A stretch of 54,362 nt of DNA, filler included, from Trichosphaerium sp. ATCC 40318 (Eukaryota; Protista; Tubulinea), in NCBI GenBank assembly GCA_038496445.1. It is 2 parts of 2 records of this genome, joined end to end, with 100 filler letters (N's around TTAATTAATTAA, not from the genome) between each part and the next. Parts side by side here need not be neighbours in the genome. Positions count along the whole stretch, not along the records: positions 1 to 30,818 come from JALMLS010000348.1; 1 more part is not named here. One strand, written 5' to 3'. A program made the position numbers and the translations under genes. Positions 1 to 11,153 of this stretch are shown piece after piece. The notes under the pieces are model-generated. The model worked only from the letters and a program-made list of their open reading frames with translations. It was not told where the DNA came from and did no database searches. Every line of letters begins with the position of its first letter. Positions within the stretch are counted from its first letter, which is position 1.

Positions 1-3000
1 TCTGGATGTACAGTCGCTGAAGGTACTGGTAAGATGGTCGTTGTTGCTGTTGGAATGAACAGTCAATGGGGTGTCCTTAAATCCAGTTTGACAAAAGACG
101 GAGAAGAGAGTACACCACTCCAAGAGCGTCTCGATTGGCTTGCCGATTTAATTGGTAAACTTGGTTTTGCTGCTGCCATTGTAACATTCTCTGCTTTGGT
201 TCTTCGGTACGAGCTCACAGATTTGTTTTTTTTTTTTCGTTTTGTGAACGGAGTCTTCGGTTTTCTGCTTGTTATGTTGTACGCCTAATCGTTTTCTCAG
301 TTGGGCCGTTGTTAAGTATGCTGTAAACGATGACGACTGGGACTGGGCAGAACTTGATGTTATCGTCAATTTTATCATTATTTCTATCACTATTATTGTC
401 GTTGCTGTCCCTGAAGGTAATCACCCGAAAGCCTGCTTACTTTTTTTTCTGTAAAACCCGAAACTTACCACGTGTTTTTTTAAAACAGGTTTACCTCTGG
501 CTGTAACTATCTCCCTTGCTTACAGTATGATGAAGATGATGAAGGATCAAAATTTAGTCCGTCATCTAGTCGCTTGCGAGACTATGGGTTCCGCCACACA
601 AATTTGTTCTGATAAGACTGGTACACTCACACAGAATCGTATGACTGTTGTAAAATCCTGGATGGCTGGTGTTTATTTCGATGAGAGGAACCCTGCTACT
701 GCTGGAAAGATGGACAAAAAAATAGTTCACTACTTAACTGAAGGCATTGCTGTTAACTCAAACGCCTACATTACTGAACAAGAAGCTGGTCTTCCACAAT
801 ACAATGGTAACAAGACTGAATGCGCTTTGCTTGTTTACGGACAAGCCCTTGGATGCAACTATGTCACTGTAAGAAAAGAATCTAAAATCCATGATGTCGT
901 ACCATTCTCAAGGTAAGTGCGATTTTTGTTTTTGTGCACGCGATTTTTTTTTTCTCTGTTTTTTTTGGATGTTGGAAAAATATTGAACTTGTTTAGTGCT
1001 GCGAAGAGAATGAGTACAATCATTAAGACTGATGATGGATACCGTCTTTACTGTAAAGGAGCATCTGAAGTAGTCCTTGGTCTTTGTAATAGCGTTATTA
1101 CTGCTGGTTCTGACGGAGTTGAAGAAGTCAAACTCACAACAGCTCACAAACGTCGTTTGACAAAGACGATTGAAAAAGTGCGTTCTCTTTTGCTGGTAAA
1201 TCTTATCTCTAATTATTTATCTATAGTACGCTACTAATGGTCTACGTACACTATCCCTAGCGTATACAAACATTCCATCGGATAGCGCTGTTGGAAAAGC
1301 CTTAGACGCTGGTGAAGGAGCATCTGATATTGAAGGGATCAATAATAACATGGTGCTCATTGGTATCGTTGGTATTGAAGATCCTATTCGTCCTGAAGTA
1401 CCTCACGTACGTATTTATAGTTGGAAGTTTTATATCGATAGTATATTGTTTCTAATGAACTTGTCTTTTAGGCTGTAGAGATGTGTCAAAGAGCTGGTGT
1501 ACAAGTTCGTATGTTGACTGGTGATAACATCCTCACTGCAAAGAACATTGCTAAGCGTTGTGGTATTCTCACAGATGATGGTATTGCTATTGAAGGTACG
1601 GGATTGCGGTTATCCCTTCTATCCTGACTTGTTTCGTAGGACCAAAATTCAGGAAATTGAGCGATAAGGAAGTTGATCGCATGTTGCCTAACTTGCAAGT
1701 TATGGCAAGGTCTTCACCAAATGACAAACTCAAAGTAGTAGCTGCTCTTAGAAAGAAGGGAGAAGTTGTTGCAGTAACAGGTGACGGTACAAATGATGCA
1801 CCACAATTGTTTGAAGCCGATGTTGGATTCTCTATGGGTATCTCTGGTACAGAAGTAGCAAAGGATGCTTCTGATATTATCTTGTTGGATGATAACTTCA
1901 ACTCGATTGTAAAAGCCGTCATGTGGGGTCGTAACGTATACGACTCTATCCGCAAGTTCGTACAATTTCAGTTGACAGGTAAGCTTCGCACAGTAAATTT
2001 TTTACTCGTATCACGTGAAAATCACGTGTTTTTTTTTTCCTTTTTTCGCCGCTGATTTTCTTCTTTTAGTCAATGTCGCTGCTGTTATTGTAGCTTTTGT
2101 CGGTGCTGTAACTGAAGGTGACAGTCCATTGAAGGCTGTACAATTGCTTTGGGTAAACTTGATTATGGACACTATGGCTGCACTTGCTCTCGCTACAGAA
2201 CCACCAACAGAGAAACTTCTTGAACGTAAACCATACGGAAGAAAAGGTCAATTGATTACTTACAGGTACAACCGTCGTTTCCTTTGCTCTCAGCAACACT
2301 ATATTGTTTTTTTTGTACACTGTACTTACCCTCTCACTAGAATGTGGCGTTTCATCTTTGGTCATGCTGCATACCAACTTATTGCTCTATTTACAATATT
2401 ATACTTGGGTACACACTGGTTCCCATGGTTGTACACAGGTGTCGATCTTGACTCTACTTACAAGACTGAATTGATGGTTACAATCATCTTCAACTCTTTT
2501 GTATTCTGTCAAATCTTCAACGAATTCAACGCAAGACGTCTCGATGACAGTACGTCAAAAAAAAAAAGAAACATCACGTGATTTTTTTTGAGAAGAATTC
2601 TTTCTAACTAGTTTTGTTTTAAAAAAGCTTTGGACGTATTCGGTGGATTATGGAATAACTACATCTTTATCGGTGTCATCGTTATTACTGTTATTGTACA
2701 AGCTATAATCGTTCAATTCGGTGGTAAAGCATCACAAACTGTCGGCTTGAGTACGTCCTATACACATCTTGCGCTTTACCATCTAAAGTTCCCTTGTAGA
2801 CTGGAAACAATGGCTATTCTGTGTTGGTGTAGGTGCCGTCGAAGTACCATGGGTACGTAACTATGTCTTGTTACTTTTTGCTCTTTACCTAACTGTTTCT
2901 TGAACAGGGTTTCTTTTTGAAACTCATCCGTGTTCCTGATGAGCCAACTCATGAGTCAGCAAAGGCTGAACCTGATGAGAGTACTTCTCTTCTTGGCGCT

Positions 3001-3201
3001 AATGGACGTCGTGAAGTTGAATCTGAATCATCTAGCGATGAACCTGAACTTGACGACTTTGATGCAATAGATGCTGAAAAAGCAAGAAGAGAAAGAAGTC
3101 GTGAGAACTGGGGTCGTGCTAGAAAGGTTCTTTCACGTATCCAGCTTGTAAGATCTCTCAGAAATTCTACGCGTCGTGCTGAACAAATTGAATTGAGTTA
3201 A
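1..3201 (+). CDS. P2B-type (PMCA-like) Ca2+-transporting P-type ATPase, multi-exon, 5' end outside window
   Basis: Spliced exons give VVAVPEGLPLAVT, DKTGTLT (phosphorylation site), [34 protein letters not shown] and QIFNEFNAR, plus a C-terminal calmodulin-binding-like W[10 protein letters not shown] segment. About 10 GT-AG introns; TAA at 3199-3201. Confidence 0.96.
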
Positions 3202-3309
3202 AACAATGGAAAGAAATACAAAAATATTATTGTGAAAGCTTAGAAACAAAGAAAGAAAAAAAAAAGTTAGCTGTATTTTCTTAATAAACAGTCAACGTTT
3301 TAACGTACT

Positions 3310-4110
3310 TACCTCTGATTCTTTTTTTATCGCTTCCTACAGTGCCAATTGTCGTGTACTACCACTTCAATAAGTGGTAGCGACAGAACCTAAAATATTG
3401 TGTCAGTAGTGACAAATGACTGTCTTTACCTCATTTGAAGCACGATTTTCAAACAAATTACATACGGCATTGCATAGCTTAAAGGTCGAAGTCTGTCGTA
3501 CTCACCAGGTCCTGTAATATCCCATATCTCTAAACATAAGATTGGCAATTCATTGGTTCAAAGACGATTTAAATAGTAACAAACCTATTTGTATCTTGTG
3601 TCCAAAGAACATGTTTGCTTGTATCCTAACAAAGAGAATTTTTAGAACTACCAATTACTTAGTTCTCTCATCAAATACATTGTAAAGAACGAGATCAGTG
3701 AATATTTTAACACTAAAATCATGTGCAAGATGCATTAATTATACCAAACATTTTAACTCCAAAATCACGTGATGATATCAATTCACACATGCGAGGAGTA
3801 AAAATAAGTGACCAATGGCAAAAGAAAAAAAACCAAACCAAGCACCTCAACAACGTACGGGTCATTGTTTTCGAAAACCCTTGGAAAGCAACCTGAGAAA
3901 TTACTTTAACTCTTTCCAGGTAGTAAGTTGAAAAATTAATGGATACTTGATAGTGGCTGGAATACTGGTGATCCAAAGCTCCACATGTTTGTCTGATTTT
4001 GAAAAAAAACTGTGGACTATCTCGTGAGACTTAAGTTGTTTTGTCATAGAAGTGCAACAGACATGGTATTGGCAACAATATAGCATTAGCACAGAATGTG
4101 TGTGAGCTCC
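3310..4110 (-). pseudogene. Degenerate Rho/Rac-like GTPase gene (likely pseudogene)
   Basis: Spliced minus-strand exons read ...VFDERTKIQANMFFGHKIQIEIWDITGPGEYDRLRPLSY (Rho switch II motif WDTAGQEEYDRLRPLSY). No intact P-loop or CAAX found and downstream exons lose frame. Confidence 0.6.
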
Positions 4111-4284
4111 TATCCAAGAAAGTAAAAGCGTTATCAGAGAAGAAAAGGTAGAAAGCTTCTTTAAGTGAACATCACAGAAAGAGAGTAAAAAACCAGAATT
4201 TAATTGTTTTGAAGATTGCCAACAATGGTACCACTTTTAATGCTTTGATTGGGACAATAAGACGTGGAAGAGAAAAATCAAGGC

Positions 4285-4733
4285 AGTTGATTCAATTTCG
4301 AACCCACTGTTTGGATTCTCTGCGCTTGCCAAAAGTACTCCATCCCAGAACTCTTTAAGAATCGCCTGAGAAAACAATGTTAGCTTGCTTTTTGACTAGA
4401 ATATATACCTTAACTTCCTTGCTGAAAACATCACCTGCGGATGTACCCAGCCAACCAAATTGTGAACTACACAAATCCTATTCTGTACATTAATGAACCT
4501 CAACGGTTCCTGTCACATCATGGGACTACCTCGGTATGTAATATTTGATTTTGGGTGAATAATAAGAAACTTGGCGTATTGGTTATCTCACATGTTTCTT
4601 TTTTTGGCTTGGTTTTTCGCATTATGCACAGTGCTGAGATTAATTTGTTGAAAGGAGGTATGGCTAGATTGTATTTTACCAATATCAAGGGTAGCCAAAG
4701 CCGTACAGTATTTTCAGTAGAAATACTTCATGG
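4285..4733 (-). repeat. Inverted near-identical duplicate of 17243-17690 (internal exons and introns of the alliinase/TAA1-like gene)
   Basis: Reverse complement of 4285-4733 matches 17243-17690 apart from a few substitutions and a 1-nt indel. Introns are retained. Confidence 0.93.
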
Positions 4734-4912
4734 GCGTATTGAAGAACGATTTAGCCATCAAAGAATGTGTTCTTTGTCACGACTACAAGAAGAAATATCT
4801 TTTGATTGTTTTTACTGTATTTCACAGAATTCCTACAACAATGTGCTAATAGTTTACCACTGTGTCGCACAGTGAGCTTATCTATATAAACATATCCTCA
4901 AGAACACCACGG

Positions 4913-5837
4913 ATGAGACGCTCAGTATTGACTCCAAAGAAGCTAACCACACAAGCAATCTCTGTATTGAGTAGCATGAATGACGAGCAGTTTCAAGAAA
5001 TCATCAACCTAGACAATACCCCAGCTCCTGTTCTTGAACACTTTTCTGATCGCTTGGCACATGTTTACACAACCAAGGTTTCAGAATCATTATTTGACTT
5101 GGGTGTACCCTCTATTACGCTTGGAACACTCAAGAACAATACTGCTACGCAGTTGTCGCAACTCATCGAGAAGTTAACGGCTAAAAGAAGCATGATGGCT
5201 TTCCATGAGAGGTTTGCTGAGTGGCTGATTAAGCTTAAAGAAGACACGTGCCCAAAACTTGACGGTCAAATTAAACAACTTGAAACGATTAAAAACATTA
5301 TCACTATTATCGGTTATGGTAAGTGTAGGCTTCAACCTGATGTTTATAGACTTCCTAGAATCCATGGAATGCGAGGTTAATTACATGCAACAAATCTGTA
5401 GCAAGATACAGTTCGGAAATGAATTTGCTGTTGGATTTTATTTTAATCATATTTCAGAACCTACCTACATTGCTAGAATCACCCTAATACAGTACCACAG
5501 CCTGGAACATGCGGCTATAGCCAGTATGAAACAGTATAGTAAAATTAAACCAGAGGCTCTATCCTGCTACCCTGAGTTTGATTTTCTTTTCTACAAGGAA
5601 GATTCAGTGTATAAACAGAATATTGATTTTTGGAAAAACCCGTTGCGGAAGCTTCAAAAACAAGTTTTTAATCTCATCAAACCATACCTCGAAGAGGGTG
5701 AAGAAATGTTATTTACTGAAAAACAATTCATGGGAGCTTTACTCTTAGCATGTAGTGGTGGCATTAGTTGGTACCCAGGCTGTAAAATTGAAAAAGACTT
5801 TGTTCTTTATTTTGAAGAAGAAAGCACTCTTAGCTAA
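4913..5837 (+). CDS. Hypothetical protein (~297 aa) with one 31-nt intron
   Basis: ORFs 4862-5380 and 5259-5837 join in frame on removing GTAAGT...TATAG (5319-5349): IIGY|DFLESMEC. No family recognised. Confidence 0.65.
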
Positions 5838-6133
5838 TAAACATCTAAAATGTTCTTTCCGCCTAATTTTGTCGTGATCTGTACCACGTGAGTTGTTTGC
5901 CTCTAGCACATTGGCCTTATCACTCACAATAAACAAAACTATGACAGGTAGAGGTAATTTATCATCATTCTGGCAAGCGCTTAGCGAATGCCACTTTAAT
6001 ATTAAAGACACCTACTGAAAAAATCTAATAATTGGATGTGATATTTTAAAGTTCAAGGATCCTGTCGCTCGAACAAGAAGCGTGCCTGAGGCATGTACGT
6101 TTGATAGCACTTGTCTGATACTATTGGCGCTTC

Positions 6134-6207
6134 GTTCATGTAGTGTAGTTGGTTATCACGCCCGCCTTACACGCGGTAGGTCCTGGGTTCAATCCCCAGC
6201 ATCGTTC
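6134..6207 (+). tRNA. tRNA-Val(TAC)-like gene with mismatched acceptor stem
   Basis: D arm TAGTGTAGTTGGTTATCAC, anticodon arm CCCGC-CTTACAC-GCGGT, T arm CTGGG-TTCAATC-CCCAG, and a T-run at ~6218. Acceptor GTTCATG/CATCGTT has Watson-Crick pairs only at positions 5-7. Confidence 0.8.
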
Positions 6208-6449
6208 GTTGCGTCATCTTTTGCTTCTTGCTACCTAGACAAAGCATACCTATACTGTTGCAGCTTGCAACCAATATTGACGTGGTTAGTCGGATTAAAG
6301 CAATTATCATGCACACTATGATGTCCTTTAATCCAGGTTAACTTCTTGCAATAGGCACCAGAATAGAATCATATTATCTGTGTGGCAATTAAGCACTTGT
6401 ATTTGGAAGAATATGGAAGAAACATCTTATGTCTTGTCATACGTTAACT

Positions 6450-6572
6450 AAAACACGTGCTGGATATCCAAGATATCAGTCAATAGAAACAAAAGCGAAC
6501 GATAAGGGAATCAATGCACTGGCTAGTTCATACAATTAATCTTTCTTGGTGCCACCACGTGACAGATGTAGT
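6450..6572 (+). pseudogene. Relic of the LRR family found at 8195-9436
   Basis: Frameshifted fragments DKGINALA / TINLSWCHHVTDV resemble the GVHTIDL..VTDKGIKALA repeat. Confidence 0.5.
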
Positions 6573-6789
6573 AAGTAGTCTTAACTAATTAAAATCACTA
6601 GTTTTGTTTTAAGAACACATGATGTGCATTGTTACGAAGACAGTCACCAGAGAAAGGCCAAACGCGAATGTTGCTGGCACAAAAATAGGTACACTGTGGA
6701 GCTCAAGGTCAACCTTTAACTTCGTTGTTTCGTTTCATTGCAGCGCACGACAAAAAAAACAAACTATAAGCAACTGTAATACGATTTTA

Positions 6790-7539
6790 TTACCAATACA
6801 ATTCATTCGGTTTTACAAATAAAAGGCAACCAATATCAGCATGATGTATAATAACATAACCTCCTTTTTTATCATACCATGCTTGAGCTTGACGCTCAAA
6901 ACTTTCTTGATAACCTTTAAATGGGTTCCTTGTTTGTAAAACTTTTTCTGCAACAACTTCTCCTTTAACAAGTATTTGCATCGCAAACCACGTGACTGTG
7001 GCCATCCATCCTGTTCTATCACGTGAGCAACCATATACTCTTTGTTCTTTTGTGCTCCTAACAGAAATATTCAATGTAACAAAGTCACGCCAGTGTTTTC
7101 TCTGCATTGACTTGGGTAGCTTCCACTTTAGTATCTCCGAGTCGGATTCTGCTACATCGAAAATATACTTCTTTGCTTCTTCAAGTGATACAGAGTCCCC
7201 TTTCTTAGCTAGCTCGCTTATATTTGGTATATACCAGCTATAGCTGCCTCTGTGGCATACGATTGTATCGTTTACAACGTATGGTACTACATTCCTGTCC
7301 ATACCGTTCTTAGCGTGTACTATTAGGTGTTCTCGTGCGTATTGTATGATAACTGATTGTTTTTGGTCAATGCTAACGTTTTTAAAACGAGAACAGAATA
7401 AAGGTCGCCAGAGAGTATCAGAAGAAGCTATTGATTGCCATTGTGAACAAATTAAACGAAGAGAAGGAAGTTGGCTCGCTTTAAACAACGAAAATACATC
7501 TAATAGGAGCTCCGTTGGTATAGTTGTAATACTGGCCAT
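6790..7539 (-). CDS. F-box protein, intronless, unknown C-terminal domain
   Basis: N-terminal F-box: ITTIPTELLLDVFSLFKASQLPSLRLICSQWQSIASSDTLWRPLF. Confidence 0.88.
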   Translation of the reverse strand: MASITTIPTELLLDVFSLFKASQLPSLRLICSQWQSIASSDTLWRPLFCSRFKNVSIDQKQSVIIQYAREHLIVHAKNGMDRNVVPYVVNDTIVCHRGSYSWYIPNISELAKKGDSVSLEEAKKYIFDVAESDSEILKWKLPKSMQRKHWRDFVTLNISVRSTKEQRVYGCSRDRTGWMATVTWFAMQILVKGEVVAEKVLQTRNPFKGYQESFERQAQAWYDKKGGYVIIHHADIGCLLFVKPNELYW

Positions 7540-8036
7540 TTTTACAAGCTCGTAAGTTTGCTGAAACAGAATTGACTGACATGGACTGAAAAACCCAAAT
7601 TAGTTTTCATTGAATCGCTGAATGTAAGTTGCCCTTCGTGCGTGATTTCACGGTTTTTTTTATTGACACCCTCTTGTTGGGTGTAAAGTATATATAGTCG
7701 TTAACACCTGAAACAACTTCAAGCAAATAACCTATGTAAGTGCAATAGATACAGCATAAGACTGTGTTTTTTTTATTTCCACAGAGAACGTACATAGCTC
7801 TGTATGGCATGTAGAGAACAACCAATGATGTAAGGAACACGAATTATCGTAAAACAATTCTAGGATAGTTAATCTTTCCTAACCTAGGTGTAGCTGAACA
7901 AAAAAAGGTACACGTGGTTGATAGAAAAATGACGGGAATATAAATTGCCTCATAATAGCATCAAGTTTATTCGTGGCAGAGTCTAAACAGTACATTACTA
8001 GATAAACAATGACAAGAAGTATGAAAAACATTAAAA

Positions 8037-8082
8037 GTGTGAGTGTGGGAGCAATGTGTGAGTGAGGGAGCAATGTGTGAGT
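8037..8082. repeat. Short tandem repeat, ~19-bp unit (GTGTGAGTG[T/A]GGGAGCAAT), ~2.4 copies
   Basis: gtgtgagtgtgggagcaatgtgtgagtgagggagcaatgtgtgagt read directly. Confidence 0.75.
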
Positions 8083-8194
8083 AAACATACTTTGGGCTAA
8101 TTTAGATTTATTCTAAAAGTCAATTTTGTTTTAGTTGCGTTCTACTCTTAGCCATTTTTACTCAATCTGTTAATATCTTCAAGCAGAATCCCAT

Positions 8195-9436
8195 TCATAC
8201 TATTACATTGTGTGTACGAACCAAAGCATCCAATCCTTCTTGTGTCACTGCCGTTCCATATAAATTTATTGTGTGTACACCAATCAAAGCCTTGACTCCT
8301 TTGTCTGTAACTTTTGTTTCACGTAGATCGATTTCATGTACACCAGCCAACGCTGAAATACCTTCATCGGTTATCAAACCGCAGCCTCTGAGCCCGATAG
8401 TATGTACACCAGCCAACGCTGAAATACCAGCGTCTGTCACACCTGTAAAATGTAACTTAATTGAGCGAACTCCAGCTAAAAACTTTAACCCTTCATCTGT
8501 AATAGATGTGAAGGATAAATCCAGTTTAGGTACACCCTTTAATACCTCGAAACCTTCATGTATAATAGAAGTCCGTGCTAATTTAAGGTCTTGAACACAG
8601 GTCAATGCTTTCAAACCCTCATTTGTAACACGTGTATCTGATAAGTCAACCACGTGCGCACTAGCTAAATACTCGATACCTTTGTCTGTAATACTCGTAC
8701 TTGATACGTCGATGTCATGGACGCCCGTCAATTCCTTTATACCTTCATCTGATATATGAGAACATTTTCTCATCCAGATACTATGTACACCCTTTAAAGC
8801 CTTGATGCCCTCATCAGTAACTTTTGTGAATCTCAAATCAATAGTATGAACACCTGCCAAAGCCTTAACTCCTTTATCTGTAACTCTTGTAAAAGCTAAA
8901 CTAATCTTGTGTACACCGGATAAAGCCTTGATACCTACATCTGTGACCTTCGTCATTGATAAATCAATGGTATGAACACCTGCCAAAGCCGTTACTCCTT
9001 CATCTAATATACGTTGACACTTGGACAAGTCGATGGTATGTACACCTGCCAATACCTCAATACGCCCGACCAAGGAGCTATTCACATTTATTTCGTGAAC
9101 TCCTTTTAACACAGATAGCCCTTTATCTGTAACACCCTTGCAACATCTAATATCGATTGTATGAACACCTTTAAGCAAGGCAAGATGACTATCTTTTACT
9201 ATTTCGGATAAGTCAGACAAAGAAATTCGAGTGTTTCGGAGCAGAGGGCTCCCTGAAAGGCGGAGTAGTTCCTCTTCATCCTTCACTTTTATACAACCGT
9301 ATCCGACGTGTTCGGTGACTATTTCTCGCAATAATCGGCATGTTTGAGCTGAACGAAGCGTATGCTGCCCGCATTTAAGAATAGTAACAATAATTTCACG
9401 TGGGAGCGTAACAAGAATGGATTCCGGCTGTTCCAT
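8195..9436 (-). CDS. F-box-like plus leucine-rich-repeat protein, intronless
   Basis: N-terminus LVTLPREIIVTIL...AQTCRLLREIV followed by ~15 repeats of 21-22 aa, consensus GVHTIDLSxTKVTDEGIKALx. Confidence 0.9.
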   Translation of the reverse strand: MEQPESILVTLPREIIVTILKCGQHTLRSAQTCRLLREIVTEHVGYGCIKVKDEEELLRLSGSPLLRNTRISLSDLSEIVKDSHLALLKGVHTIDIRCCKGVTDKGLSVLKGVHEINVNSSLVGRIEVLAGVHTIDLSKCQRILDEGVTALAGVHTIDLSMTKVTDVGIKALSGVHKISLAFTRVTDKGVKALAGVHTIDLRFTKVTDEGIKALKGVHSIWMRKCSHISDEGIKELTGVHDIDVSSTSITDKGIEYLASAHVVDLSDTRVTNEGLKALTCVQDLKLARTSIIHEGFEVLKGVPKLDLSFTSITDEGLKFLAGVRSIKLHFTGVTDAGISALAGVHTIGLRGCGLITDEGISALAGVHEIDLRETKVTDKGVKALIGVHTINLYGTAVTQEGLDALVRTHNVIV

Positions 9437-11153
9437 GGAGTTCGCGTGATTGTTAGCTTCTGTAGGGCTATGTTGTCTCGTTGTTCGATTCTCAGTAGTG
9501 GTATGATGTAAGGTACGTTGTAGATATAGGTTAAAAGAACTGTTTATTTAGTTAGCGTAGACGTAGTCAATACGCAGTCAAGGTACATCTCTCATAGTCG
9601 ACTACTATAGAAGTGCTTTTTTTAGATTTGTTTTTCATTCGTGGAAAGATTCAACCCAATTTTTTGAATTAAAAGAATCTGTGACAATAAAATGGAGATT
9701 CAGACTATGATGTACCGATCGCTATCTCAATAGCCTCGAGTTCAGAACCGTTTGAGTCAATATGGAATACTGTCTTAAATATCATCCAACAACTGTGTCA
9801 GTAGCTACTCTGTCTTTAACACTGCCGTCGGTGGTAAGTAGTGAGACTCTTTTGAGGTTGTGTTCCCAGAGATGTACTCCAACTTTAGCTCTTGGGGCGT
9901 TTTAACGTCTATAGAAATAATATTATAGCTAGTGAGAGAAATGAGAAGATTTTTTCGATATCATGCTTGTTTTTTGATGTATTCGCTTAACATCTTTGAA
10001 AATGGTGTTCACGCACCAGATTGGGTGATAAGAAATCCAATTATACTCTTAGTTCAACACCAGACACTACTATAGTGTACGATGTCACATTGAAAGTGGA
10101 CAAAAAGCTAGGGTTTTTCTCTCTGAACCCTTATACTATTAGTATTTCACGACTCTCCTCCAACACAAACTCCAATAGTGTCCAGTACGGTATATACCTT
10201 TCACAGGCAGTAAAATCAATATGGCTTTGTTGTTAGCCGCTTAAGTCGGTACATTATTTGATATGATACACCACGTGGAGACCAAAGCGCTTCTGTTGTG
10301 AATGAATAGGCATATTCACCAGTATTCATTGTAACGGAACAGTTGTAACGTTAATGTAAGTTCTAATTTATTACTATTTACAGTTTAAGTAGGATAGATA
10401 ACTGATAGAAAACAGATAGAAATTTACGGGAAATTTCATATATTTTCTACTTCTCATTGAGAGTTCCTCAAGTAATTCCATACGAATTCTATTCGAGTTC
10501 TATAGGAACTCTTAGCGTTACATTCATGACTGAAGTTCATTCATTATTCATGCCTTTGCCTGCCGACGTTTGGGTTAAATTAGAATAGACGTTCGCACTA
10601 AAAGGGCAATTCTTTGGCAGCTGTAAAACAGGTTTTTATTTACACATAACAATGGGTACACTAGCCACCACCACGAAGTCGAAGTACGAGATGGAGAGGA
10701 ATCTAGAAGTTTCGCTTGCTCAAAAAAACAGTGTAAACACTGTATTTTTGGCATTGCTGTGCGTAGGTGATGCTACGGTAGCAGTATTTTGACTTTTTGC
10801 AACAAAGAGAGCAAGGATAACAATACGGACTATAAGTCACGTCACAGTCTATGTAAACAATACGCTTGTTGACGGCTTTTATAAAGACTATTAAATAAAA
10901 AAAAAGAAACAATAACAATATGTCCTGTGGATTGCCGTCATAAGACCCTTATCACATTGGTTTGCTTTTGATCTCTGCACAAGTCATGTATAAATATCTT
11001 GTTTGTCCAAGTTTTAACGCCACACAATCCGTATTGTGATAATACAACATGCATATACCTGCAACTGAACAAAACCTAGCATAAAAATGAAACCAAAAAA
11101 ACTACCGTTAAAGAAAAGTCATGACTTTGCTTGTGGAGGAAGACCTAAAGCTG

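Noticed and set aside
6790-9436. Endogenous giant-virus insertion
   Set aside because: No NCLDV core genes (capsid, polB, A32, VLTF3) are present, and the virus-like repeat genes are scattered among intron-rich host genes.
9690-10330. Coding-like fragments (e.g. ORF 10021-10236)
   Set aside because: No consistent spliced model or recognisable family could be built.
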